A DNA stretch of 64,000 nt, taken from positions 31,805,360-31,869,359 of the forward strand of contig NC_043019.1 in assembly GCF_006345805.1 (NCBI RefSeq). Reading direction: 5' to 3'. Shown one piece after another: positions 1-12,824 of this stretch. Made by a program: the position numbers and the translations under genes. Numbering within the stretch: the stretch's first letter is position 1; every line of letters begins with the position of its first letter. This DNA comes from Octopus sinensis. Its lineage: Eukaryota. Under the pieces are notes generated by a model. It worked only from the letters and a program-made list of their open reading frames with translations, had not been told where the DNA came from and searched no databases.

Positions 1-337
1 CCCACATTTTGCGGTGCAGTTTAACCAAAACCGGGTATCTTATAGTCGTGATTCATATCGAGCCCTTCTGGTTATTAGCGCACATATACGATGAGTCTAC
101 GATTTTTAAAATAATTTACCATCATTTTTTTCCATTTTAATGCATTTTTTCGCTATTATATAAGGGAAGTAACTCTCTAAAAATGTCTACGATGAGTCAA
201 CGATTTAAAAAAAAATTTACCATAATTTTTTTTCCATTCTTAATGCATTTTTTTGCTATCTTTTGGCTATAACTCTCTAAAAATGCTTTATAGTTATTTC
301 TCTTACAAACCCGAGCAACGCCAGGCGATACTGCTAG
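1..337 (+). mobile_element. Non-autonomous Helitron, 3' part (cut by window edge)
   Basis: Ends CCCGAGCAACGCCAGGCGATACTGCTAG|T, a subterminal hairpin plus CTAG 3' end; same family as 52421-53054. Confidence 0.75.
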
Positions 338-441
338 TACATGATAAAATTAAATTAACCCCATCACACCATATTCCCTGTATAGCGGAAATAACCTAAA
401 CATAATCTCTACCAGATTCATGTTAAATTAATGAAATTATA

Positions 442-940
442 GGTGCAGGAGTGGCTGTGTGGTAAGTAGCTTGCTTACCAACCACATTGTTCTCGGTTCA
501 GTCCCACTGTGTGGCACCTTGGGCATGTGTCTTCTACTATAGCCTCAGGCCAACCAAAGCTTTGTGAGTGGATTTGGTAGACATCATCATCATCATCATC
601 ATCGTTTAGCGTCCGTTTTCCATGCTAGCATGGGTTGGAAACTGAAAAGAAGCCCGTTGTCATCATCATCATCACCGTTTAGCATCCGCTTTCCATGCTA
701 GCATGGGTTGCACATGGGTTGTATATATGTATATGTATATATATGTGTGTCTGTGTGTTTGTCTCCCCAACATCGCTTGACAACCGATGCTGGTGTGTTT
801 ACGTCCCCATAAGTTAGCAGTTTGGCAAAAGAGACCAATAGAATAAGGCTTACAAAGAGTAAGTCCTGGGGTAGAGTTGCTCGACTAAAGATGGTACTCC
901 AGCATGGCCACAGTCAAATGACTGTAACAAGTAAAAGAGT
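442..940 (+). mobile_element. tRNA-derived SINE family A with internal (CAT)n/RTE-tail fragments
   Basis: Head GGTGCAGGAGTGGCTGTGTGGTAAG with B-box-like GGTTCAGTCCC; tail GACTGTAACAAGTAAAAGAG; many copies in the window. Confidence 0.8.
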
Positions 941-1309
941 AACACATAGGAAAAGAAGATAAAATACTGAAAATAGACAATTGATCATGTTGCAGCTTTG
1001 TAGTCAAGTGTGTTTATGACTCATTGTTAATGACCTCCCCCATAGCTGTTTACTTTTGTTTTTAATTGAAAAACGAATTTTTGTGATGAAATGAGCTTGT
1101 GATGAACCTAGCATTTCATCTGGTAAACAAACAAAGCCTAGACTCTTTACAGTTGAGGAAATTATTGATGATATTTATTCTTCAGACAAAGAGTGTACAC
1201 TTACACAGGCAACAAGAGTAATGTAGACAGTCAAATTAGTGAAAGAGATGAGGAAATTAACAATTCGGCTGGACAAATATAGTAGTTGACAGATCTATGT
1301 TGTTATTCT

Positions 1310-1505
1310 CTCTTTACTCGTTTCACTCATTTGACTGCAGCCATGCTGGAGCACCGCCTTTAATCGAGCAACTCGACCCCGGAACTTATTCTTTTTGTAA
1401 GCCCAGTACTTATTCTATCGGTCTCCTTTGCCGAACCGCTAAGTAACGGGGACATAAACACACCAGCATCGGTTGTCAAGCAATGCTAGGGGGACAAACA
1501 CAGAC

Positions 1506-1537
<32 letters not shown>

Positions 1538-1689
1538 TCATATATACGACAGGCTTCTTTCAGTTTCCGTCTACCAAATCCACAAACAAGACATTGGTCG
1601 GCCTGGGGCTATAGCAGAAGACACTTGCCCAAGATGCCACGCAGTGGGACTGAACCCGGAACCATGTGGTTGGTTAGCAAGCTACTTAC
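1310..1689 (-). mobile_element. SINE family A, young copy
   Basis: Reverse complement nearly identical to 14716-15125 and 26643-27057. Confidence 0.85.
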
Positions 1690-2059
1690 TACACAGCCAC
1701 TCCTGCGCCTGAATTTGTTTGTACTTCTGTCCATTAATGAGAGAAAGACTTATTCTTATTATTCGCCTAAACATTTTTTTCTTGTGTTTCTGTCAAATGT
1801 GTGGCTCTTCTCACATAGCAAGTACCCTGCCACGTTCTGGGAACATATCTGCACATAGAAGCAGCAGACTTGTATAGGATTGCAGTGTTGGTTCCAGTCT
1901 CTGCCTTCTCAGGCATCTTTTCAGCTCCCTCTGCCATCATGGGCTTCCTTGCTGGGGTGCTACCTTTGGCTATGATTGTCAGCTTCCCCATATAGTCACT
2001 GCTCTGTTGTACTGACACACACACACACACACACGTACACACAGAGACATATATATATA

Positions 2060-2395
2060 TCATCATCATTTAACGTCTGCTTTCCATGCTAGCATGGGTT
2101 GGACGATTTGACTGAGGTCTGGCAAACCAGTTGGCTGTACCAGACTCCAATCTGATCTGGCAGAGTTTCTACAGCTGGATGCCCTTCCTAATGCCAACCA
2201 CTCCGAGAGTGTAGTGGGTGCTTTTACATGCCACCGGCATGAGGGCCAGTCAGGCAGTACTGGCAATGGCCACACTCAAATGGTGCTTTTTATGTGCCAC
2301 CTGCACAGGAGCCAGTCCAGGGGCACTGGCAACAACCTCGCTCGAATATTTTTTCATGTGCCACCAGCACAAGTGCTAGTAAGGCGACACAGGTA
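2060..2395 (-). mobile_element. Repeat family B (RTE-LINE 3'-end derived)
   Basis: CATCATCATTTAACGTCTGCTTTCCATGCTAGCATGGGTTGGACG motif, the reverse complement of the 3' tail of the RTE remnant at 61600-62775. Further copies near 3095, 8185, 8425, 12121, 27880, 33555, 35175, 36700, 47830, 51920 and 54775. Confidence 0.7.
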
Positions 2396-2411
2396 ACGAT
2401 ATATATATATA

Positions 2412-2455
<44 letters not shown>

Positions 2456-3378
2456 ATAAAATATAATTAAGATTCAGTTGAATTAGGTACTTAAATTGGG
2501 GCACCAAGCCAGTTCGGTATAGTCCATGAAGCTCGAAGTTAGGTGAACAAAATGCAAATAAGTAATAAGGATGTCCAGGTATCAATGCATTATTGCAAGC
2601 AGCTCCATTTAATCAGGCCATAATGCATTGATACCTGGACACCCTTGTTACTTATTTCAATATATATATGCTCTCTCAACTGGCACCGAGATGCATTATA
2701 TACTATTTGTGTGAAAAAATCCTAAATGTAAAATTTTATCTTTAATTTTACCTTCATCTTTTACTTGTTTCAGTCATTAGCCTCTGGCCATGCTGGGGCA
2801 CCACCTTGAAGAATTTTTGTTGAACTAATCAACCCCAGTACTTATTTTCTTTCTAAGCCTCATGATTATTCTATCGGTCCCTTTTGCCTTACCACTAAGT
2901 TACAGGGACATAAACACACCAACACTGGTTGTCTAGTGGTGGTGGGAGACAAACATAGACACAAAGACACTTAAGCTACAAATGATGTGTCCTGGCTTGT
3001 CCTCTCTGTCTTTGTATTGTCTATCTGTCTGTATGTTTTTATTGTTTTCTGTTACATTCTTATTCCATTTTTTGGATTTGTATATATATATATATACTGG
3101 CACCTGTGCCGGTGGCATGTGTAAAAGGATTTGAGTGAGGTCATTGCCAGTACCGCCTGACTGGCCCCCATGCCGGTGGCACGTAAAAAGCATCCACTAC
3201 ACTCTTAGAGTGGTTGGTGTTAGGAAGGGCATCCAGCTGTAGAAACTCTGCCAGATCAAGATTGGGGACTGGTGCAGCCATCTGGTTTGCCAGCCCTCAG
3301 TCAAAATCGTCCAACCCATGCTAGCATGGAAAGTGGATGTTAAACGACGACGATGATGATATATATATATATATATAT

Positions 3379-3434
<56 letters not shown>

Positions 3435-4059
3435 CACACACACACACATACACAGAAAGAAAATAATTTTTTTCATGATGTAATTGATTGTTCATCAATA
3501 AAAAACATGTCTGAAACAGCTGAACTTCAACCCATCTCTGTTATAATATGTGAGCGTGTGTGTGTATTTTAATATGTGTGTGTGTGTGTATGTATGTACA
3601 TGTATATATGACAGGCCTTCTATACAGTTCCCTGGTGCTGATTCCTAGTAGTTGGTCAAGGCGTTGGAAGCACAGCAGGGCCAGATGCATGTGGTCCTAG
3701 CTGACATAATGTCCACAACCAGACAAGCTGTCAGCTGTATCATGTAGGTTTTCTGGTACTCGATGTATAACGGGTGCAAACAGCACGATTCAATCACCGA
3801 ATGTCAACATTCCCTTTATAGCGACCCCTAAGTTATGGTCCCTTGTTTCAATTTTTCTTCACCAGTCATAGAGTTCTTGTGAAAAATAAAAGTTCATGGC
3901 CACCTCTTTCTGACTTTCTTTATTTTTTTTGTTTTCTTCTGACTAAATCATATTGAAGAATAATTAACAGCTCCACTCCTCCCCTTTCGAAGAGAAAAAA
4001 AAAGGGGCAATCCCAAGCGGTATATGCTTCAATAATTCATACAAGAATATTTCGAAATA

Positions 4060-4505
4060 TCCACCACCACCACCACCACCACCATTACTACCAACCCTAT
4101 CTTCACCATTTCCCCCAACATCATCACCATAACAGCTATCACCACCTCCACCCCACTACCATCATCATCATCATCATTACCACCACCACCTTCACTGCCG
4201 CCTTCTTTACTACCGGCACCTTCACCACCACCGTCATCACCTCTACCATCACCACCACTTCAACCAACTCCACTACCACACCACCACCACCACCATCACT
4301 ACTTCCACTACCACCACCACCATCACCACCTCCACTACCATCACCATAACAACTGACTATCACCACCGCCACCTCCACTACCATCATCACCATTACCACC
4401 ACCACCACCTTCACCACCACCACCACCACCACCACCATCACCTTCACCATCCCCACCACTACCACTGCTACCACCACCACTACTTCCACCTCCACACCCA
4501 CCAAA
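4060..4505 (+). repeat. (CAC/CAT)n low-complexity tract
   Basis: Direct reading. Confidence 0.95.
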
Positions 4506-5473
4506 CCTTACTAACATTTTACAGCTGGTTATAGAACCTAAACTGTAAGCAATCTATAAAAATGTGTTAATGCTTTTATGCTACACTTTTTAATTATAAC
4601 GAATTTGATTTAATTAAATGCAACATTTCTTAGAAGTTAAATTAAGCTATACAAAACTAAATATGGCATGGAAATCAGTTATAAATCTTTCGCTTTTTTT
4701 TGTTGTGTTTACTTGTTTCAGTCATAGACTGTGGTCATGCTGGAGCACTGCATTCGACAATTCTTAGTCGAATAACTTAACACCAGTAAATTTTTTTTTT
4801 TAAACCTAGTACTTATTCTATCAGTTTCTTTTGCCAAACTGCTAAGTTATGGGGACGTAAACACACCAACACAAGTTGTCAAGTGTTGGTAGGGTGACAG
4901 AGACAGAAACACAAACACCACGTGCGCACACACACACACGTACACTCACACACCCATACATACATGCATACATATATATATATATGTGTATACTCTTTTT
5001 TTGGTAGACAGAAAGTGAAATAAATTAACAGAATGAGATAAAAAAATCCAAGGCTGTGAAAGTTTTCAGAACAGTTTACATATAATCATGCTAATATATA
5101 ACCTCACTTGTATCATCATCGAACTGGGAGCTTAACTTTAGTCCTTTGTGTCTTCTTGACACCACTACCTCCCATACTGTCAATATATATATATGATTAG
5201 CAATTTGAGTTGCAAGACTCCTGATGTGAAATCGTGTGTTGAAACAGATATTGTCGTATTTTGGGATGGTCATTTTTTTTTTTTTTTTGCCAAATAAACT
5301 CATGCAGTATACATATGTTTTTTCTTCACTCGTTTATTACTGTTCTTATTCTATTAATTTAATTCCTGTCCATTGTCCGGAAATCCTTCATCAAACATCT
5401 GTGACCTCTTCAGCGACACTTTTCATTTCCGCGTGTATTCTTGTCCCACTTACTGCATTCTATTCTCGAAAAG

Positions 5474-5518
5474 TGTCGCTGAAGACATCACAGATGTATG
5501 AGGAAAGATTTCCGGACA
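5474..5518 (+). ncRNA. Degenerate hammerhead-like motif
   Basis: TGTCG-CTGAAGA-CATCACA-GATG-TATGAG-GAAAGATTTC-CGGACA; inverted sister copy at about 5374-5418. Confidence 0.4.
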
Positions 5519-5721
5519 ATGGGCATGAGTTAAAATAATAAAAGAAGAATAGTAATACACGAGTGAAGACAAAATTATATAGAGAGTGTGTGTGTTTATT
5601 TGGCAAAAGAGACCGATACAAAGAATAAGTTCTGGGGTCGATTTGCTTGACTGAAGGCAGTGCTCTAGCATGGCCGTAGTCAAATGACTGAAACAAATAA
5701 AAGAATATATATATATGTATA

Positions 5722-5752
<31 letters not shown>

Positions 5753-6564
5753 TATATATATATATATATATATAGATATATATATATACATATATATACA
5801 TATACACACACAAATATATATGTTATCTATGTATGTATATGTGTGTGTCTTGTGTCTGTGTTTGGCCCCTTTCCGCCACCACTTGACAACCAATGTTAGT
5901 GCTTTTACTTCTCCGTAACTTAGCAGTTCAGCATAAGAGACCAACAGAATAAGTACTAAGCTTACAAAACTAAGTCCGGGTGATTTCTTCACCTAAAAAA
6001 AAAATATTTAAGGCAGTGCTCCAGCATGATCACAGTCAAATGACTGAAACAAGTAAAAGAATAAAAGAAAAATTTTTAGTTTTCTGTAATTTACATAATT
6101 TTATACAATTTTTTTCCTCTCTTGCCATCTCCCCTTTCTCTTTCTCCATGATACTAATTTCCTTATAGAAAAAAAGGGATATTTTTCAAAATTTTGAAAA
6201 AAAAAACTTTCAGAAATTCCACATAATCTTCACTCTTTTTTCTAATTTCTTATTAAATTGACGAACAAGGCTTAAATTATTAAATTACTTCATTTAAAGT
6301 AATGTTGTTTAATATACCCTACAATATGGTACAGTACCATACGGCACCATTCCTTTATAATTGCTTTTTATTTGGCTCCTTATTCCCACCCAGTTATTTT
6401 GTTTTTTATTTTATTCTGTTTCATTTTTGTTTGTTTTTACCTCCATCACAAGAATTAGTTTTTAATTACCAAGTAATGAGTATTAAGGAATTTACATCTT
6501 TCATAGTCGTAAGAATGTTTAACTAAATGCAGTGCAATCCATTGTGATTAGCTGCCCTTCTTTA

Positions 6565-6960
6565 TCAGTTCATCATCACCGTCATCATCATCATTATCAC
6601 CATCATCATCTTTCTCCTCCTCCTCATCATTACCATCATCATCCTTCTCCTCCTCCTCCTCCTCCTCATATTCATCATCATCATCATCACCACCATCATC
6701 ATCATCATCATCATCATCACCATCATCATTAATCATCATCTTTCTTCTCACTCTCCTTGTCATCATCAACCTCATCCTTACCATCATCATCATCATCCTT
6801 TCTTCTCCTCCTTCTCCTCCTCCTCCTCCTCCTCATCATCATCCCCTTAATTCTTCTCTTCCTCCATCTCATCATCATCATCTTCCTTCTCCTCCTCCTC
6901 CTCCTCATCATCATCGTCATCATCGTTGTCATCATTATCATCTTCATCGTCATCATTTTA
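6565..6960 (+). repeat. (CAT/CCT)n low-complexity tract
   Basis: Direct reading. Confidence 0.95.
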
Positions 6961-7319
6961 ACATTCATTTTTCTATGCTTTGCAAGGCTCTGGTGCAATT
7001 TATTTGAGGCAGATTTTTCTATGGCCAGATACCCTCCCTGTCACCAACCCTCACCTGTTTCCAAGCAGGATAATATTTTCCCAAATGGCCAGATGTGTTC
7101 TCACCGAATATCAAAAATGAATGACAATGGTTCTGCTTCATTATGTACATTATTTACATTTGATGGATATTTGTCCTCATCTTGTTTGTTGTTAACACAG
7201 CGTTTCGGCCGATATACCCTCCAGCCTTCATCAGGTGTCTTGGGCATATGGCGTAGTGGTTAAGAGTGTGGGCTACAAACCCTAAGATCCTGAGTTCGAC
7301 TCCAAGCAGTGACCTGAAC

Positions 7320-7372
<53 letters not shown>

Positions 7373-7417
7373 TGAAAATACCTTAAGAATGAGAACACAG
7401 GTTCGAAATTTCCCCAC

Positions 7418-7463
7418 GACACCTGAAGAACGCTGGAGGGTATATCAGCTGAAACGTTGTGTT
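7418..7463 (+). ncRNA. Hammerhead-like motif, same family as 12423
   Basis: GACAC-CTGAAGA-A-CGCTG...CAGCT-GAAACGTT-GTGTT; inverted copy at about 7190-7240. Confidence 0.55.
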
Positions 7464-7559
7464 AACAACAAACAAGATGAGGACAAATATCCGTCAAATA
7501 TAAATAATGTAAATAATGTACATAATTCCTCATCTCTTAAATATAGAACTGTCTTAACA

Positions 7560-7800
7560 TATCACTTCTGCACACACCCTATTTGCCAAATTTAGTACCT
7601 GTGGAGTTCCATCTCTTCTCCAAGAAGAAAATATAGCTCAAAGGTTGCTATTTTAATGCCATTGTCAAGATCCAGAGCAAATCACAGAAGATCTACTTGC
7701 TTACGGAAAACAACTTCCAGGTCAGATTCCAAAAGTGGCAGCAATGCTGAGACTAGTGCATTGCTGCACAAGGTGACTTTTTCAAAGGATATCTTTGATA
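7560..7800 (+). mobile_element. mariner transposase C-terminal remnant
   Basis: LLHTPYLPNLVPVEFHLF...ENNFQVRFQKWQQC*D*CIAAQGDFFKG, a degenerate HPPYSPDLAP motif and mariner C-terminus. Confidence 0.85.
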
Positions 7801-8136
7801 TCACCTCGTAAGTGCAACACACTAGCCACTAAGCCACATGCCCTTTTATTTGTTTCAGTCATTTGGATGTGGCCATGCTGGAGCACTGCCTTTAGTTGAG
7901 TAAATCGACTTTGTAAGCCTAGTACTTATTCTATTGGTTTCTTTTGCCGAACTGCTAAGTTATGGAGACATAAACACATCAACATCGGTTGTCAAGCGAT
8001 GGTGGGGGGACACAAACACAAACACAGAAACATATATATGTATATTATATAGTCTATTGACTATTTTTTTCCTTCTCACTTGACCGCTGGTAGCGGAGAA
8101 TTTTTCTAGAATTTTTTGCTACCCTAAAATTTATTA

Positions 8137-8169
<33 letters not shown>

Positions 8170-8386
8170 ATATATATATTCATACATCATCATCATCATC
8201 GTTTAGTGTCCGCTTCCATGCTGGCATGGGTAGGACGGTGCAACTGGGGTCTGGGAAGCCAGAAGGCTGCACCAGGCCCAGTCTGATCTGGCAATGTTTC
8301 TACGGCTTGATGCCCTTCCTAACGCCAACCACTCCATGAGTGTATTGGATGCTTTTTACGTGCCACCGGCACATATATTTATATAT

Positions 8387-8419
<33 letters not shown>

Positions 8420-9009
8420 TCATACATCATCATCATCATCGTTTAGTGTCCGCTTTCCATGCTGGCATGGGTAGGACGGTGCAACTGGGGTCTGGGAAGC
8501 CAGAAGGCTGCACCAGGCCCAGTCTGATCTGGCAATGTTTCTACGGCTTGATGCCCTTCCTAACGCCAACCACTCCATGAGTGTATTGGATGCTTTTTAC
8601 GTGCCACCGGCACATATATTTATATATATATATATATATACTTGATGGACTTCTTTCATTTTCTGTCTACGAAATCGACTCAAACCTTTGGTTGGCCCAA
8701 GGCTATAGAAAAGGACACTTGCCCAAGGTGCCAGACAGTGGAACTGAACCTGGAACCATATGGTTGGGAAGCAAACTTCTTACCACGCAGCTGCTCCTGG
8801 AATGAACATGTGTAGAAAACTATGCAAGATTAGATTGAAGGTGGGTTGGCACTAGGAAATATTCCTCATAGAATTTGGCTCCAGTAAAAAAACAAAAAAA
8901 CTTGTCAACACAATGCAGCATCATGGGTAGGATGTAAATTAATACATGCGCAAAAATTTTACAGATACACGCATAAATATGTGTCTTTGTGTATGTATAG
9001 ATTTGTATA

Positions 9010-9042
9010 TGCATAGTATGTGTATGTATGTGTACATGTACA

Positions 9043-9127
<85 letters not shown>

Positions 9128-9219
9128 GTCTATATATATATATATATTATATATATATATATATATATGTCTATATATTATACATGCTTTATATATATGT
9201 ATGTATATATATATATATA

Positions 9220-9316
<97 letters not shown>

Positions 9317-9434
9317 GTATAAGTATATATGTATAACATATATATATGTATATATATATATATATAAGTACATATATATGTATAGGCATGTATGTATAAT
9401 ATATATGTGTTATGTATTCATGGGTATGTATGTC

Positions 9435-9468
<34 letters not shown>

Positions 9469-9505
9469 ATATATATACATATATGTGTGTGTGTATACAT
9501 ATATA
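9010..9505. repeat. Long (TA)n-rich microsatellite
   Basis: Direct reading. Confidence 0.95.
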
Positions 9506-9569
9506 TGAACCTGAAAACCCTGATACTTTCCACCGATGGAATAAAGATGTAATTCCACCATAAACCACT

Positions 9570-10561
9570 AATCATCACCTCTTCCACCTCCAAACTCCAC
9601 CAGCCACCCAAAACTCACCCATCCACCCCTTTCCCTAATATCCCTCCAATTACGACCTCCGCAGACACTAATATCCATCGTTACACATCATCACTGTCAT
9701 ACCATTACATCATCACCACCGCCACCACCACTACCAGCGCCACCACCACATGTGCTGATGACATCTCCACCACCACCACTACCACCATTACATCATCACC
9801 ACCTCCACTGCCAACACCACCTGTGCCACCACCGACACCCAGCAGCAGCAGCAGCACCGCCACCACCTTTGTAGCTTGTTTCTAATGTCCTAACCACCAC
9901 TTCCACCCACCACCACCACCACCACTAGTACTAAATTCATCTCTAGCCTCATCCCACCCACACCTCTCCCACTTCCTTTTTATAAATATGCACACCTGTC
10001 AATTTAATTGGTCTGCATAAATTTTTCGAATTGCATTGTTTTCCTCCTCCTTCTCCTCCCCATCATCATCAGTATTTACATCATCACCACAACTATCATT
10101 ACCTTCATCACCGTCATCATTATCATCATCATCATGACCAACACCATCACCATCACCATCATCACCACCACTACCACCACCATCACCATCTTCATCTTTA
10201 TCACCCTCATCATCATCATCACCATCAACACCACCACCACCACCACCATCATCTTCATCACCCTCATTACCAACGTCGTTATCATCATCATTATCATCAT
10301 CATCATCATCATCATCATTATCATCATCATCATCATTAACATCAGCATCAATATTAGCATCATCGAAATGTCGTCGTCATCATCATCATTGTCATGAGGT
10401 ATCGTTAAAAGGCTACTGTTGAGTATATGCATCACTGTCTGTCTGTTTGTCTCTATCCCTGATAGACAGGCAGGCAGACAGACAGATTTTCTGAAAATAT
10501 GTTGTTCAAGTCACTTGCGATCTCTTGCGCCTCTTCTTCCATCATCATGCTGTCATCACCC

Positions 10562-10615
<54 letters not shown>

Positions 10616-11268
10616 CCATCATCACCATCATCAACATCATCATCATCGTTATCATCATTTATAACATCGTTGTCAACATCATCACCATCATTAAAATCAT
10701 CATCGTCATCATCATTGCCTTCAGCATGTGCAGCAGCATCATCACCATCAGTAAAAGCAACAGCAGCAACTCTACCATCATCAGCAGCAGCAGTAGCAGC
10801 AACAGCAGCAGCAGCAGCAATAACAGCAAATCTGTCATCATGCTCATCATCATCATCACGATCATTATCATCATCAAGTAACTTCAACAAGTATGTAATA
10901 GTGATGTTTTTTTTTGTCTCCTCCTCCACCCACACCTTCATATTTCCCTCCCCCACCATAACATCTGGCATCGACACCCTCCCCTCCACATCCACCACCA
11001 CTTCGCATGTCTTCATACTCTTCGCTCCTTGAACTTGCATTGCATCTTCTGGTTTACTGCCCTCACATACCATCACCACCACCACCACCTCGATCACACG
11101 CAATACACACACACACACATACACTCCTCCATCATCGATTGTGGCTTCACTTCTGTCAGCATCATGTCATTGCAACCACTATCATCATCATCATCGTTGT
11201 CATCACTATCATCATCAACACCTACAACAAACCCCCAATACCACCGTTATCATCATCATCATCATCAA

Positions 11269-11319
<51 letters not shown>

Positions 11320-11400
11320 TCATCATCATCATCATTATCATCATCATTATTTTTGCTATCCCCATCATCATCATCACTATCATTACCGGCTCACCATTAT
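9570..11400 (+). repeat. Compound (CAC)n/(CAT)n/(CAG)n low-complexity region
   Basis: Direct reading; source of many poly-H/I/S/D pseudo-ORFs. Confidence 0.95.
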
Positions 11401-11619
11401 GCAACACAACAGGTATTTTGTTCTGAGGAAGTTTTTACCTGATTTGAAGGGGGTTTTTCTAAGGTTTTTTTTTTGGAGATTTGCTGAATCCAAGAATAGA
11501 ATCCATTTTTTTACCACCATGTCTAGATGTCAAGATACCCAAATCCTTCACCCTCACCCAATCATCAGTGGGTGATATGCATGATACAGTCATTCTCCCC
11601 CTGGGGCAACAAAGCAGAT

Positions 11620-11930
11620 GCAGCAAATATCCTTGTTCTTTATGTTATGTGGAACAGAAGAACCAGGGATAAATATTGGGTGATCAAAGAATGGCCACAG
11701 CAAACATCAGTTCCTGAATCGTTTAATGTGGTTGAAAAGCCTTTAGTTCAACCAGGAAAAACACCATCCTGTCTTCACTCCATATCAGTTCGTTTAGCGG
11801 TTCGTTAAAGCGCTGGATAAAGACATACCATGCTTTCACTACATCTGTGGCACACTTCTTAGTCTGTACTGTGAAAAAATAAAAGCTGGAGTATCTGATG
11901 GGTCACAAATCAGAAAATTTAATGAATTGC
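11620..11930 (+). mobile_element. Chapaev3-like (CMC) DNA transposase remnant
   Basis: MWNRRTRDKYWVIKEWP...NVVEKPLVQP...EKIKAGVSDGSQIRKF resembles the WDSR..WP..EPLV..EKIKAGVFDGPQIR block; superfamily assignment is from memory. Confidence 0.55.
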
Positions 11931-12422
11931 ATTGAAGCAGCAGCTTGGAACTCATTTGTAATACAGTTCTCTGTTTAAGAGATGAGGAATTATTTTCATT
12001 ATTTACATTATTTACATTTGACAGATATTAGTCCTTATCTTGTTTGTTGATGACACAACGTTTCCAGGCAGTGACCTGAATAATAATAATAATAATATAA
12101 TAATAATAATAATAATATAATGGCACGTAAAAAGCACCAATCCGATCGTGGCCATTGCCAGCCTTGCCTGGCACCTGTGCCGGTGGCATGTAAAAAGCAC
12201 CCACTACACTCATGGAGTGGTTATCATTAGGAAGGGCATCCAGCTGTAGAAACACTGCCAGATCAGACTGGAGCCTGGTGCAGCCTTCTGGCTTCCCAGA
12301 TCCCCGGTCGAACCATCCAACCCGTGCTAGCATGGAGAACGGACATTAAATGATGATGATGATGATGAATAACATCGAAAAATACCTTAGGAATGAGAAC
12401 CCAGGTTCGAAATTTCCCCCAA

Positions 12423-12468
12423 GACACCTGATGAAGGCTGGAGAATATATCAGCCGAAACGTTGTGTT
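12423..12468 (+). ncRNA. Minimal type I hammerhead-ribozyme-like motif (best preserved)
   Basis: Stem I GACAC/GTGTT, core CTGATGA (12428-34), extra A, stem II GGCTG/CAGCC, GAAAC, palindromic AACGTT stem III with a GUU site. Confidence 0.7.
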
Positions 12469-12590
12469 AACGACAAACAAGATGAGGACAGATATCGATC
12501 AAATGTAAATAATGTAAAAATGCCATGTCTGCATGTCTTCAGAAAATATTGTAGATTTCAGTTGTTAAAAGATTTCTTTCCTCTGTGCAA

Positions 12591-12824
12591 TAGTCATTCA
12601 TAACTGGGGTCCACCTGACCTTTTGGGGGTGGGGACCCATATAAGATTTTGTTGCTAAAATTTATATGCTATATAAATTGCTTACGTTTCTACACAACAC
12701 AAAAAATATTTCAGTTTTATTTTCTCATACAATTTCTACTAATATTTAAATATAGAAATACAGTAAGATGTTTTTTTTATATACTTCAAATGGCTATGGG
12801 GGTCCAGTGAGTTGAGAAACACTG
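12591..12824. mobile_element. hAT-type MITE
   Basis: Ends AGTCATTCATAAC / GTTGAGAAACACTG with subterminal GGGGTCC motifs. Confidence 0.5.

Noticed and set aside
1060-1290. RLFTVEEIIDDIYSSDKE, piggyBac-transposase N-terminus-like
   Set aside because: Too short and degenerate to support.
1473-1712. Recurrent peptides such as CPRCHAVGLNPEPCGW (also at 14706, 26275 and 39943)
   Set aside because: Antisense translation of the SINE A head, not a gene family.
1780-2010. Complex minus-strand ORF segment (VQQSSDYMGKLTIIAKG...)
   Set aside because: No clear splice context or homolog recognised; weak resemblance to a frameshifted RTE 3' end, too uncertain to call.
2215-2395. Spaced repeats of GGTGCTTTT(T)A(C/T)(A/G)TGCCACC in family B, superficially CRISPR-like
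   Set aside because: Eukaryotic retroelement internal repeats; spacers are related to each other and no cas genes are present.
3630-3910. Complex non-repetitive-looking stretch
   Set aside because: Stops in the frames examined; probably an unrecognised decayed transposon.
7246-7316. tRNA-like sequences (also at SINE C heads)
   Set aside because: A/B boxes present but no complete cloverleaf; these are SINE heads, not tRNA genes.
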